A DNA stretch of 64,000 bases from Paraspadella gotoi (GCA_051294375.1 CM119268.1:4664666-4728665), one strand, 5' to 3'; shown: positions 34,965-48,555, counted from the first letter of the stretch. Notes: a model not told the origin generated them from the sequence alone. Numbers and translations: made by a program.

Positions 34965-36450
34965 AAAAAACAAAAACAATCAATCAATCAAAACCGGAAA
35001 TGTCGTCTCCGTCGTCGTCGGCGTCGTCGTCGTCGTCCTCATCGTCGTCATCGGCGTCGCACAGAATGGAACTTCGCAGAAGTCGACGACACGAGAATCC
35101 GGACGAGCGCCTTCGACGAAGCACCAGGGGCCTGGAGGAGGAACGAGTTTAGAAGATCGGGGTGGTCGTCGTCGTTGTGGTCGCCATTTTGAAAGTCGTG
35201 GTCGTCGTAGTAGAGATGAGTTCGTCGTTGTGGTCGCCATTTTGAAAGTCTTGGTCTTCGTAGTAGAGATGAGTTCGTCGTAATTGTGGACGTCGTTGTT
35301 TAGGTCATTTTGGTCGATTTGGTCATTGTGGTGGTCAGTGCTGTGGTCGTCTTCCTCGTTGTGGTGGTCAGTGGTCATCGTTATCGTCTTCTTGGACATT
35401 TCCAACGGGCAACGGACATAGTCATTGATGATTCTACATTCTTTTTCTGTGTAAAGTTGTTAACGTTTGAAGGGGCAATTCGTCGAAGGCCATACAAAAG
35501 AGCGAACAGATTTACGGAAGTACGGACAAGCGGTTCATAGACGGAAGGACGTAAAAGCCACTCAGGAAAGGTTGGAGGTACGAAAGGACGGACGGAATAA
35601 CCGTCAGACGGTGGGATGTACGGACTGCCGAACGATGGACAAGAGAACAGACGGACTAAGAGACAGACGGCGTTTACCTTCCGCGTGTTCATCAGGATTT
35701 CGGCAGAAATTCTTCGGTGGAGTCTTTTTCCACTTGGGAACCTGACACAAAAATTGTGACAATGTATATTCATTCAAGTATAATGAAATATATAATAAAT
35801 AATAATATTAATAAATAACTAATAAAATGCCATAGCTCTATTAAATAACATATGTTTCTACTTTCTAGCATAGCTACCTTTATTATATGGGAGAGCAAAT
35901 AAAAATATGGCAAAGCCTTTGCCAGAAAGGTGATTTGAAATATCCTTTATGCTGCTAAATGCAAATTAGATTTTTAATATTTTTTTTTTCGGGTGTGTAT
36001 TTTCCTGAATCGAGCTGGATTCACGGGGTAACTTACCCAACCAGTGGCCGTTAGAATCGTCTGAGATTCTTCCCAGGCCAAACATCTTTGTCCCGTTCTC
36101 GTTTTGTCCAGAGTTCCCTCGTAATCGAGACCCTAAGAATGAATGATTGGACAAATGAAATGAAATAATGAATGACTAGATTATAAAATTTATTAATCGA
36201 TTAAATGGGTTATAAATAAAATAGGTTATGAAATATTAAATAAATAAATAAATAAATAAATATGAATGAATGAATGAATGAATGAATGAATGAATGAATG
36301 AATGAATGAATGAATGATAATTTCCCCAACCTGAACGTCGTCCCTGCATTCCTTGGTCAAAGGAGCAGCGAAAATGACGGAAATAATAAATGATAAAATT
36401 AGTATCATCATCTTGAGTCGTGATACATTTGAACAAGAAACCCGTAACAT
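32378..36450 (-). CDS. Secreted protein: signal peptide + kringle + Thr-rich linker + two chitin-binding type-2 (peritrophin-A) domains + acidic low-complexity tail
   Basis: Exons 36450-36331, 36132-36037, 35741-35678, 35131-34995, 34509-34388, 34260-34123, 33809-33693, 33266-32378; phases consistent. Kringle: ECRDDVQGLDYEGTLDKTRTGQRCLAW...KNFCRNPD...GPWCFV...DFCEVPFC. CBM14-like: RYYIC...KKCPPNTRFDQFKKVC and FAHPENCSMYLQC...RPCPDGTVVSKLGIC...RC. Last exon is D/E/K/R-rich. Confidence 0.85.
34640..34965. repeat. (AAAT)n microsatellite
   Basis: Direct inspection. Confidence 0.9.
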
Positions 36451-37613
36451 TTTTTCCTAGTAACTGGTTTTTTTTTGTGCGTTTGGTAACCAGAAAATGC
36501 GTAGAATATATTATGATTTTATTTATAACGATAAAACAGTTTTTATTACAATAAAGTCTTTTCTGAACGTGCGGAGTTTGGTATACAGAAAGAACGGAAC
36601 AAAACGAAATTCTGAATCATTCATTTTATTGTAAATTTTTTCCTAGCTTTTTTGAATAAGATTCAAACTATTTAACGTAAATGCAAGATTTAATACAACT
36701 GCGTTAATATTGTTATCAATATTACGTATTAACTCTTAGCATATTAATTCAAATTTAAAAAATTTCACTCAACCGTATATGCGTCTCGAATTGTAATTTA
36801 AAATATTTTAATTTGTCTTATTTTACGATTCTAATTTTTTCTTGAAAATAAAAATTGTTAGAAAATAGTGAGACGGAGAAAGTAAGGATATTTGTGGTTC
36901 GAAAAGAAAAGATTTTAAAAGTTAAGTATATATATATATATATTTTATTGTTTTACGTAGGTTGACGGTAAAACAGAATAAGAACTTAACTCCGATTTAG
37001 TTTTGTTATTATTTGTTAAATGTTAAGCTATTTTTGGGTTTGTAAATAATCTGTGTCATAAAATTCTTATGACTAATGTAATTCAATACTTAGCAATTCT
37101 GTCTTCGTGATCTAATGATATTGCTTGATTATGTTTCGTTAGTAATTTAAATGATTTATATGTATTTCAAATTCGTTTCATTCTATCATCTGCTATCATA
37201 AAACTTAAAAGACCATATGATAATAGACATGTTTGCAGACAAATTCATTAACTTCCATAAAAGACTACAAATTTTCAAAGATGAAGTAAAAATGAACTAA
37301 AAATGAGTCAGTGACCCTCATTAGATTCCCTCCATTTGATCTTTTGTTTCTCCACCGACCGATCATCAATTATTTCGAAAAGGTGATTCTGCAAAGTCAC
37401 TCAATCACGATTTGAGGTCACGAGCTTCGAACGAGACTCTCACGTGAGTTCACTACGACCACTAAACATCACAACCACGGAGATCACAACGGTTGTGAAG
37501 AGGAGCATTGATTCGTTCCTGAACAATGAAGGCCACTACTGTTCTAAATTACGTATTGTTATAATAATTCAAAAAGGAAGTTCTAAGCTAATCAATTATA
37601 CTTTGTTTTCCGC

Positions 37614-37680
<67 letters not shown>

Positions 37681-38450
37681 AAGTCCCCACCTCCTTCTCC
37701 CATTTGGTCATTTTAATTCTCGTCCATAGATTTCGAATAAAACATTTTACAATTTCATTACTGCTTTTTAATATTTTTTTAGTATAAACAAAATTCGTAA
37801 TTATTACGGAGGACTTTTTAAACAAATTTAGACGTATTCTTAACAGATAAAGCGCGATTTTTGACCGCTCATTTTAGTTTAGTTGATTTAATTTCAAAGA
37901 ATGTTGTCTTTGTTTGTATATGTTTTTTTTTCTCTTGATAAAAAAAACCGGAAATCTGTGATCTACCTCAATCTTTTTAAAATAAAAAAAACCTTTTTGA
38001 ACAACTAAATTTTTAAATCTCTAAAACAAACAAAAAATGTTATCGTCCGGTTACGCCCACCGGAAAAGACTTCTTTTATTTATTTTGGAGATATTTCAAT
38101 TTCAATAAAGCGTTAATGGTTTTATTTAAGTAAAATAATGTAAAAAATGTAACCCGCAATTTCCGAATTACGTCGGAACTTTTTTTTTCGGTATTTTTGA
38201 TCTTTCGGCGCCGGGAGATCGAAATACGAGATCATTGATCGATCATCATCCAATTTTTTTTTCTCTTTTTTTCTGTTTTTAAAAGTCGCGTATTAGTTTT
38301 ATACAATTTTTATGATTCATATTCACCATTTAATCTTTGGACAAAAGAGAAGAGAAACGACCTGAGAAAATTGCATCATACGAAATCACGATGGGGATTC
38401 GAGCGAAAAGGTTTGAGGATTTGGAAAATATAAAGATTATCGACTTTGAA

Positions 38451-38496
<46 letters not shown>

Positions 38497-38706
38497 CTGC
38501 CACTAATTAGTACATTCCGGATTTCTTAAAATTAATTTTAGCGATTAGGAACCGAAATGTGGCGCTTTAAGAAAATATAGCCGTATTCTACTGACGCTAG
38601 TTATAACTTATATTTTCCGAACTTGTTTTAAAGAATTATGCACCCATTGAAAAATTAATCAGCATTGTACTTGGAGTTTCGAAAATATTTTAAAATCTAC
38701 ATGGTG

Positions 38707-39638
38707 ACAATTTTACAAGCGCCGGTAGAAATACGCTGTCATTTGCAAACCAGTGGTTATTTCAGTGATTTTAAAATTTAGTTGAGTAGAAAATACTAAA
38801 AATATTTATGTGTTCAAATTTTATATTGATCAGTTAAGATATGCCTTGACAATGAGTGGGGAAAGTTGGCTTGTAAAATCGGGTTTCATTTTCCAACTCC
38901 CTTTTTTTAGATTCAATTTTTTTCTCTTACTTTCAATAAGTTTTCTGAAAAAATTTGAAATAAAATAATATTAATTTTATTATCTTCTGAAAGCCCTTTC
39001 AAATCTAAAAATAATGACGTACTTACAAATACTGTAGTATAAAATTTAACTGGCCCAGCTTTAATTTAATTAAGATACTCAAAAATGAGACATCTTTTTA
39101 AAAATCAATAGCTGGAGAGTAAATTTATGATATTTATCAAATTATGATTGGCTATCTTAAATCCTTTTTTCTCAGGCTCTTTCATGATACTTATATAAAT
39201 AATAATATTTTATTTTATAATAATTTAAACAGGTCATATATTTTGAAAAAAAGATTTAAAATTTTAAATAATTCACTTTTGAACCAAGGCTGGGCAGCTC
39301 ACTTTTTATGTTAGAGCTTTTGTAAGTATATCATTCTCTTCATACTTTTAAGGGCTTTCTGAGGATATTAATATTGTTAATATTTTAATAAATACTTTGT
39401 TTAAAAAAATGTTAAAAGTTAAAAAAAAATTGAATTTAAAACAGTGAGTTGGAAAATGAAACCCGATTTGACAAGCCAAATTTCTCCACTCATTGTCAAG
39501 GCATTTCTTAACTGATCAATATAAAATTTTAACACATAAATAGTTTTAGTATTTTCTACTCAACTAATTTTTAAAATCAATGAAATAACCACTGGTTTGC
39601 AAATGACAGCGTATTTCTACCGGCGCTTGTAAAATTGT
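38707..39638. mobile_element. Palindromic MITE/foldback element (~930 bp)
   Basis: acaattttacaagcgccggtagaaatacgctgtcatttgcaaaccagtggttatttca at the left is the reverse complement of 39581-39638. Near-identity continues for ~200 bp and weaker symmetry further in (gaaagccctt/aagggctttc; gcccagc/gctgggc). No ORF. Confidence 0.85.
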
Positions 39639-39728
39639 AAAATATTAAAATATTAAACATTGATAATGACCGGATTTCATAAAAAGTTCGACAAAAAAAA
39701 GAGAAAAAGGGACGATTGCATCACTATT

Positions 39729-39784
<56 letters not shown>

Positions 39785-40730
39785 ATCACATGTCTTTCTC
39801 TGTCTCATTCAATTTTCGTCAGGGCGAATCGCGTCCAAACGTCTAGACATTATGAGGGTTAAACCTTCGCACTCAGGGTTAAAAACTCGTCTGGTTTACA
39901 ATCAAAAGTTGAAACCGGTTGAAAACGAGGTTAGACAAAAGACACTTTAGAATTCTTTGCTCATCTTCAGTTTCTTGGAAAAATAATACTAAATGAGGCA
40001 ACATTGCCAAAATTGTTTTTTTTTAAAAGATTATTTTGGGACGAATTACGTTTTTGAAATTAAATCGTTTGAAATAAACTCGATGGAGATATCCGTCAAA
40101 AAATGAGACTAAATTTATTTACATGAACTATTATCAAATCATTAGTCACAGCGATGCTAAGATAAAAGACATATAGTGATATTAAACAACAATAATTGAC
40201 TTCGAACGACACAGCGACTAATCAAATAACGCCAAATGACTCATAATATGACATAAAGATACTCGTCTTGTAGAAAATGTCTCCTATTAATTAAATAATT
40301 AAATAAATTAATTATCAAATTAATTAATAAATATCCCTAAATCAATCAATCAATCAATCAATAAATGAAAACAATAAAGTAAATTAGAATATTAATAATA
40401 TCAATAATATTTCTAAAGAAAAATCAAAGACGTGAGAGAGATAAAAAAGAAGAGTTAAATTTTAGAAATGCACTCGATCCTCGTTCTTGGTGCAATAACA
40501 TGGAAGGAAGAAGAGGAAAATGAGGAAGAGGAGGAGGAGGAGGAGGAGGAAGAGAAGGGAGGAGCAGAATGAAGAAGGGAAAGAAGAGGAGGAGAGAGAG
40601 AATGGGGGAAAGGAGAAAGAGGGGGGAGCTTAAATCGAAGGAACAAAGAAAAGAAAAAAAGAAAAAGATTGTTGACCAAAAACGAAAGGGTCGTCAAAAT
40701 TTGGGGCGCCATATAAAATCTCTCTCGTCT

Positions 40731-41140
40731 CTGTATGAGAAGTTTCCGTCTCTCTACGCCGCTCCAATATATCAGTTTGTCCAGGAAAGGCTCGGCTAAA
40801 TACCGCAACCGACAAGGCATCCACTGACTCTATATCATGAGTAGTATATCTTCGAAGACAATGTATGAGAAATCATTAGAGTAAATCGAAGTATAATTCT
40901 AAAGAAATGCATCAATAATCCGACATATAATCCAGTAATATTCGTTAAAGCCAGTGTAAAATGCCGTAGGAAAATGGTTAAAATACCGAGGGAAAATCGT
41001 CCAAGCGAGCGGAATCTATCAAACTGAATTCGTGATCCAAAGTCTGACTGAGGTTGACCGGGGGAGAAGAGGAGAGAGCTTGAGAGAGATATCTCAGTCT
41101 CTCTCGGTCCACAAAACTATCTGTGGCCACTGGTTTCTCT
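40731..41140 (-). repeat. 3' LTR of the BEL/Pao element
   Basis: Aligns by eye with 44943-45355 (cgacaaggcatccactga; gagggaaaatcgtccaagcgagcgga; aactatctgtggccactgg). Confidence 0.8.
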
Positions 41141-44100
41141 TTCCACCCCCACCCACTTTTTCAAGTGACCACAAAGGCCACACAGGACAGTGGTCAATCA
41201 AACGGGTCTCATCAATCAATGTTTCCCTCGGTAATGGCTACAAGATTCAAAATCTAATGACTAGAATAAAGGTTTGACCAAAAAACTAAAAAACACCATG
41301 ATCTGGTGAAAAACTAAAAAAGGGCCATTTTCCCGTTTCAGTTTGACGCTATGATTCACATTTCCGGCTTCCATTCGTGGGCGCTCCTTTTGTTCAGTTT
41401 CTGAAGTTCCATCCAGAGGGCCCCGGCGATGTTGCTGTTTCTTGAATCCGCATCATGCACCGGCTGCTGTCGCGTTTCTTCGCGTCGCGTCATAGTTCAG
41501 ATTTGTTTCTTTAAAAGAAAGGTTAATGGGAAACAAAGAGCAGTCTGTTTTCTAAAAATGTTTTGTTTCAATCATTCAAATCAATTCATTTCAAATCATC
41601 TTGTGTCATTCAAACAATTAAATTAACCAATATTTCATTCTAAACCAACATCACACTCCCCGTTAATTCTTTTCCGACGTCGCGCCTGACGTCGGCCGCG
41701 TTGTCTGCGTGTTCTTTTGTTCAATTTTGCTCGTTCCAGCTCGTGATCATAGGGAGTCATACATAGAACGATCTGATAAACTCAAAAGACAGTGAGGGGA
41801 AAGAAAGATGTAAAATTAATAAAGATTTAGCAATATCTTTTCATACATGTAAACTATGTAATGTTTATATTCGTTCAAAAATTTATTCTAAATTCCCCTT
41901 TTTATGAGAGTTATCTCGTTCTAAAAAATGAAACATTCATTTATGGCCTAAATACGTCTCACCTCTGTGTTTGAAGTCAATATGGAAATTTCGATCCTTT
42001 CAGTCACAAAATATCGGACAATGCTTAGGTGGCAGCTCATACTTTTTCATTAGGATGATAACCCAGTCTGTGTCAAAGGTCAGTAATTCATTCAAGGATA
42101 CAATCATGATGATGATTTCCAATCAGGGATAATTTGATAATCCAATCAAAATCAAAAGGTTCTTCAATTCTTGAGGTTCCAGATTCGTAGTTTCATAATT
42201 CATAAGAACCATCAAAATGTTTTCATCACAGAAGGGTATCAAATAACTTCCCCACGCCATGTGCATTGAAAGATTAAATGTCGTAAACATGTAAATTTCA
42301 ACATCCATGAAGCGGTAAACAGCCACCAAAAGTATTTTTTTTAAATAAAATTATTCTATTTTACTTGTTTATATTTAATGATACTAATGAATTCTTAGAA
42401 GACACCATCTACCGGCCGAATAGATAAGCATTTCATAAATAAAATAGATATTTAATGAAATAGCAAATTACAACTAAATATATAATTAATCATTCATTAA
42501 TTAATCATCACATTCATTAATCATCACATTTTAGCGGGCCATGTCAAAATTGAACCTCTCATTCATACGGCTGCAACCAAAAATTGATTGCATCGCCGTA
42601 GCAAAGGTTCCCATTGCTGGCTGCTAAAGCATTCATTTGACAACGGTCGCCTGCAGAATTCGGCTGCGTTGCCGCGCGTGGTCGCCTCCTGAAATAGGCT
42701 GCGGTGCCGGGCGGTCGCCTCTGAATTTTCCTGCGTCGCCGTAGTTGGAATTTTTGGCTGCGTTGGCGTCGATTCCATGCCTCCTCTAAAGAGATTGCAT
42801 AAAGAATCAACGCTCGCCTCCTGCTCTTAAACGAGTGATGAAGCAATTTTGAGTCTTCTTAAAATAAATTCTTTTGGTTTCAATAGTACTGTTTTTTCCT
42901 TTAACTTTTATGAAATCTTAATGAACGATTATTTGCGAAAATCGGCTGGTTGCCGCTCGGCCGCCTCCAAAGAATGGCTGCGTTACCGGGCGGTCCGCCT
43001 CCTGAGCTCGCCTGATCATAGTCGTCTGTTGAATAAGGCTTAATGGTATGGTTCTAGTTCCTAGTTGACAATGCATTCCCTAGTATGGATGGCAATGTCC
43101 AACGAATTTTCTCTTGCTTAGTGGAATTGACTTGACATGTGAAGCCTCTCCATCAAAATTCTTATTCTTTCTAATTCGTGTTTTTGTGCTTAATTGGACA
43201 TCACCAATTAGAAAGCTCATCAAAGGTTCAAACACACATCACATAAAACTATGATCTCGTCCTATTCGGAACTCGTATCATAGTACTATTTCCTCTATCC
43301 TCCTTCCTATCACACTCCATAGCCCCCAACTTGATTGGCAGTTTCTTCTGTTTTCTTGTTCTTTTGTTTGTTCTTAAATACATCATGAAGAATGGTATGA
43401 TTGTTCTTGTCCGCTATGCTTTGCATATTTCTTGTGAATGACAATCTTTTGCAAGATGCCCTTTTCTGACACATTTAAAACACAATCCTTCCTTGTATGC
43501 AACATTTGCTCTTGATTTGGAATCAATTTTCTTGAAAGCTATGCAACTCTCTATATAATGTTTTCTTTGCAATGATAGCAACAATGCTTTTTCTTACCCA
43601 TACCTGTTTTTTCAGTTTCAATTTGATTGTTCTTTTTCTTTTTCGGTGGAGACGAAGTGCCAATGAAATTCGGGGTTTCAACATTCACAACTGTACCCCC
43701 ACCACTTGAGGGTTTCTTGGGCGAAGAAATAGCAATAGGTTATTGGTGGTTCAGATGTTATTCGTCGCCCCCACCACTTAAGAATGGTGCAGAGAAGAGT
43801 CGAATTTTTCTTTCTTTCATTTTGCGAGTTCTTCTTTTGTAGATCGAGTTCTTCTCTGAGTTGCTTTAATTTCAGTTTCATAATTTTCTTTTATTCAATT
43901 AAGCGTCAGAGGACAGCTCTTTTGATCACTACATCATTTATCCTGGTTTCCTTCAATTGGCAAACTTCAGTCTTCAGTTCATCAAAACTATATTTCCAAG
44001 CATCATTCATCTGCTCTAAATTCTTTCAAAAGATAGAGCTGACTGAATAGTCACAGAGGAGTTTGGACTAGAAGGAAATAGAAGCAAATTCATTTTTTCA

Positions 44101-44942
44101 TTCTTTCCTAACACACTTTTCCCGTTCTTCTTTTCTTCTGGAGCTTGGTCCCTCCAGAATAGACTGGGCCTCACCAATGGTCTCTTGCAGAAGAATGGTG
44201 TCATCTGGGAAGAGAGTTTGCGCCATTTTGCAATCTTCTTGCTTTGCACGAAGGTCGTTGAAAAGTTTCTGAAGCAAGGTTGGTTTTCTTTGAGGCCAGT
44301 TCACGGTATGATCTGCGAAATCAACTTTCCAATGTCTTGCACCGCCTTTCGTAATCCGTAGGCGTGCAATCCTTTGTGTCAATTACGTGTAAAATCATTG
44401 AGGGACATCTCGAAAAGAGAAAAACGAAAAGGATTAGGAAAAGTTTTTAAAAAATATCAAACAAAATCAAAGATCAGAAATCAAATTCGAATTAATTCAA
44501 TCAACCATTTAATTCCAAATTCAAATCATTGATAAAATAAAGTTTATAATAAAAAGCGTAACTCTCTAATTTAAACTTCAATAAATCATTGTTATCGGTT
44601 TCTTTTATTCTGTCAATTCTTAAAATTTAAGTTTTGTTTCGTAATTTCGTAATTTCTTGCAAAGAGTGATCATAGAAAATCAATCAAATCCAAGAACCAA
44701 TCAATGTTAAAAATTCGAATTCAATTTCTAAATAATTAAATCAATCATTTAATCAGATGAATCAATCATTCAATCAAAATAAATCAATCATTCTATCAGC
44801 CGACATCACTTGGACTCACCGTGCTTAACGTCCGCGTTGTTTGTAAAAGGCGTGACCCATCTGCAATTCAGACGTTAATTCATATCAACTGAATCACCTG
44901 AAGAAGCGATGCTGTTTTCCGAATGGAAAATCATTTTTCCTA

Positions 44943-45351
44943 CTGTAGATGAAGTTTCGCGTCTCTCTACGCCTCCAAGTAATATCAGTTGGTCAGGAAA
45001 GCTCGCGCTAAATACGCAACGACAAGGCATCCACTGATCTCTATAGTCATGAGTATATAATCTCGAAGACAATGTAAGAGAAATCATAGAGTAACATCGA
45101 AGTCATATTTAAAGAAATGCCATCATAATAACCGACATATAATCGTATATATTCGTTAAAGCCAGTGTAAAATAGCCGTAGGAAAACTGGGTTAAAATAC
45201 TCGAGGGAAAATCGTCCAAGCGAGCGGAAATCTATCAACTGAATTCGTGATCTCAAAGTTGACTGAGGTTGACCTGGGGATGAAGAGGAGAGAGCTTGAG
45301 AGAGATATCTCACGTTCTCCTCTCGGTCCACAACTATCTGTGGCCACTGGT

Positions 45352-45355
<4 letters not shown>
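44943..45355 (-). repeat. 5' LTR of the BEL/Pao element
   Basis: Direct repeat of 40731-41140; abuts a (CT)n microsatellite. Confidence 0.8.
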
Positions 45356-45387
<32 letters not shown>

Positions 45388-46276
45388 CTGCTCTCTCTCG
45401 CCCTCTTCTCCGTTTCGTGTTCTCTCTCTCTTCTTTTTTCTTTCGGTTAGCAATGAAGCGATCGTGGGGAATACAATGAATGTAACTCTCGACTAATTCA
45501 AAACGCGAGGTCAACACATAAAAGGAGAATCGCCACTAATTCCCCTCTATCCTATCCGTAATCCCTAACCATTATTCCCCAACCTCATCAATAATCCTAA
45601 TAAAATTTCTGACTAAAATCTAAACCTTAATTCGTTATCTTAAACGTAATCCCAAACAACATACCCTTAATTCTTAACCCTAATTCCGAACTCTAATCCC
45701 TAAACTCTATAACCAAATTCCTTAACTTATCTTTGAGACTCACCCCTCATATAATTATGCCCTCTCTTAAGCATTAAAGCAGAGATGAGGCTATTATGGA
45801 AAATATGGCTTCAAATATTTCAGCCTCGAATTCCAACGTCCAAAAATTGTTTGTCTCGCTTTTCAGACCATTTTTTTTTTAAATTTTTCGTCGCCAAAAC
45901 AAAAAAAAATGCGATTTTATTCGTTCGTCATTTTTTTCCCTTTTTTTAGTTGTTTATCTTTTTTTTTTAAAACTTTCGATCTCTTTTGTTTTTCCCGACG
46001 TTTTCTTCACCCGTCAATCAAGTCTGGGTCACGACGACAGATGTCGTATCGACGCTTAAAAAGTCAACTAAAAAAAATTGACGTCGACAACAACAACAAC
46101 AACGACAACAACAACGACAACGGAGGCCACCCAACATTTTCGAATCGACATCAAAAAAGCCGGTGACTCGATTACATCAGCCATTTCCTGACGCGTCGAA
46201 GATTTTTAGGAAGAAAATTATCAGATAAACACTTCATTTTAGGTTTTAAATAGGTAAAGGGTATATATCTCAATAG

Positions 46277-46313
<37 letters not shown>

Positions 46314-46574
46314 TCGAATTTCGATCTCAATTAAGAGATAAACTCAAGAAGATTTCTTGATTCCACGAAAAGATAATTAATAAACAGAGGGTGAATGAAA
46401 CGATGCCAGCTTATTTTAAAGAAATAACTTTTGTTCGTTATTTATACTTAAATATTAAATTGAGATACAATAAATTTTGAGATTAAACAAACTGATAAAG
46501 TACGGAAAAAACATGTGACAACAGCTTATGACTGTGATGATAACATAAATATTTTACCGTTGCTAAATGATTTA

Positions 46575-46985
46575 AAAAACAAGTTTGAGCAAACAATGTC
46601 GGATCTGCCCACGATCGTTATCGGTAATTAATTAATTAAAAATAATTAATTAATAATTATTTAATTAATTAATAATTAATTTATTCAAGTTAATTATTTA
46701 ATTAATTAGGCAATTAATTTATTAATTTGATCCGAAATGTTTGTTTTGATTGATTTATTGACTAATTAATTAATTATTGATTAATTAATTGACTAATTGA
46801 TTAATTAACTGATTAATTATTTGATTAATTAATACATCTTGCATTTACATTTAAAGAAAAAGAAGCATAATCAATTAGTGAAACAGGTTCTTTGTTTTTT
46901 CCATTTAAACTCATTTCCACTCAAACGATTCCATCGAAACTTGATTTCCTGTTTGTATTTGGGTAGAAAAGTGTGTGATTAGGCG
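46575..46985 (+). repeat. Dispersed direct repeat, copy 1 (~400 bp)
   Basis: aaaaacaagtttgagcaaacaatgtcggatctgcccacgatc ... gaagcataatcaattagtgaaacaggtt ... cactcaaacgattcca, also present at 48556-49000. Confidence 0.85.
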
Positions 46986-47451
46986 AAATGCTCTTCGTTG
47001 CCCACTTGTCGTCTGACGGTTGGTAGAGTTTGCAAATTGAATAGGGAATATGGAATGGAATATGAAAAGAAGGAGGACGATAAATTTAAGAGCAAAGAAA
47101 TTTAAATAAAAGGTTTTGACTATAAGACAGAAGAGTAGAGGCGGAAGAATAGACTGGATAGAGAAAAGATGAAAAGAGAGAGAAGGCAGAAGGTATGAGC
47201 ACAACTAAGACTAAGACAACGGAGAGAACGATCTTGTTCGATTGATTCTTGCGGAAGGAGTGAGAGTCGCCGTCGAGTCAACTGTGAATGGATGTGAAAG
47301 AATGAAGGACGTGGAATAGTGAAAGTCAGGTTGGAAATGTGAGGAGGAAAAAAACGGAGGAAAGAGAACAGAGGGAGTCAACGTCTTTGGGAGTCGGTGA
47401 ATAAAAGGAAGAAGAGACGAACGACGAGAGAGAAAGGGAACGACAACAAAG

Positions 47452-47488
<37 letters not shown>

Positions 47489-47859
47489 TCGGGTACAACA
47501 GACCCGAAAGCCTCGCAGGAGGCGGAGTGGCGCGGAGCCGAGGATGAATAGAGGGAGTCTGTGTGGGGGAGTTGGAGCGGTTGGTGTAGGGTGAGGGTGC
47601 CCTTCCGCTCATTGATTGATTCTCGCGCTTTCTCCCAGTTTTACGGAGGCGCTCGGCGATTGGGCGTAGTTTGCGGTGGGTGGCGGGGTGGCGGGATATT
47701 GGCGGCGGGAGGCGGGAGGTGAAGCGGCGGAGAGGCCAGTCAGCGTCAGACAGACGCCGATGATCTCGCTTACCTTTAGTTCGAAGAGAAAATCAGCCGA
47801 GGGAAGAGTCCCATTTCCTTATAACGCCAAAGCCTCGCCATCAATTTATTGGTTGTCTC

Positions 47860-48074
47860 TATATAAAGACACTTGAAGAGACAGTAATTATTGATAAGTG
47901 TTAATGACAGAACCGTTCAATATAAGCAGTCCCTGAGCTTCGGATCAGGCTGTAACACCATGTTACAGGCGGGTTAAGCGCCCCGTCCCTCTTAACTGCC
48001 AGACGACCACCGGACTAGAACCCCGGACCTTTGGGTTGGGAGGCGAATGACTTGCCTCCGGCACCAATGGCCGC
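47860..48074 (-). mobile_element. tRNA(Gly)-like head of a probable SINE (or tRNA pseudogene)
   Basis: Minus strand 48074-48002: GCGGCCATTGGTGCCGGAGG...CTCCCAA...GGTTCTAGTCCGGTGGTCGTC, with an A-box, a B-box variant, acceptor-like pairing GCGGCCA/TGGTCGT and CCC in the anticodon position. The anticodon stem does not pair. A GC-balanced body with a hairpin (tgtaaca-tgg-tgttaca) follows. 3' limit uncertain. Confidence 0.55.
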
Positions 48075-48555
48075 TGATGAACGGTTGGTGGATTTTAGTC
48101 CACCATACATCCCCCCCTCCCGTAGGAAGATGTCTGTTGCGTCACGCCATCTTGAAAAGTGGAAAGTTGGTTAATACAGACAGAGAGTGAAAAACAAGTT
48201 GGGTGAAATTCGTACAAGGTCAAGTTGAATTAAAATCACAAGCGAAGAGAAAAAAAGAAAAACTTTACGATTACATCTACATAAAGTATACAATTTAGTA
48301 TAATTTAGTCTAATTTTTTCTTAGAAAACACAAAACAGTAACTAAGTCTTTTTTTCTTTTATAAATTTGTTGATATTATTGTCGTCGTTCTCGTCCAAAT
48401 GCAACCAAAACAAAGCAATTATCTCCCTTCGTAAACGTTCCCCTGGGAGGCCGAGTTCCATTGCAGCTTATAGAATTCTCGTCGCGCTAAATTTAATAAA
48501 ATCCTACCAAATAGGAAAAAAAAACTTTCGTCACCACCGAAAATAAAAGCAAAGA

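Larger units (their letters stand above)
40731..45355 (-). mobile_element. Decayed, internally deleted BEL/Pao LTR retrotransposon
   Basis: ~410-bp direct repeats at 40731-41140 and 44943-45355. Minus-strand gag with BEL-type tandem zinc knuckles at ~43380-43590 (CKEKHYIESC; GLCFKCVRKGHLAKDC; ..HTILH). Integrase-like remnant FNLSMHMAWG (~42250-42280) and terminal MRPV (~41200). Purine tract gtgggtgggggtggaa precedes the 3' repeat. Many stops and indels; no RT core recognised. Confidence 0.8.

Noticed and set aside
35135-35405. His/Asp/Thr-rich extension of ORF 34980..35405
   Set aside because: It lies between two halves of the kringle (NFCRNPD and GPWCF), joined by clean splice sites at 35678 and 35131, so it is intronic repeat sequence.
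47930-47975. Hammerhead-ribozyme-like stems in the SINE body
   Set aside because: The conserved CUGAUGA...GAAA core is not present (ctgatccgaag only).
48002-48074. Functional tRNA-Gly(CCC) gene
   Set aside because: The anticodon stem does not pair, the T-loop is a variant (TTCTAGT) and no oligo-T terminator follows; better seen as a SINE head.
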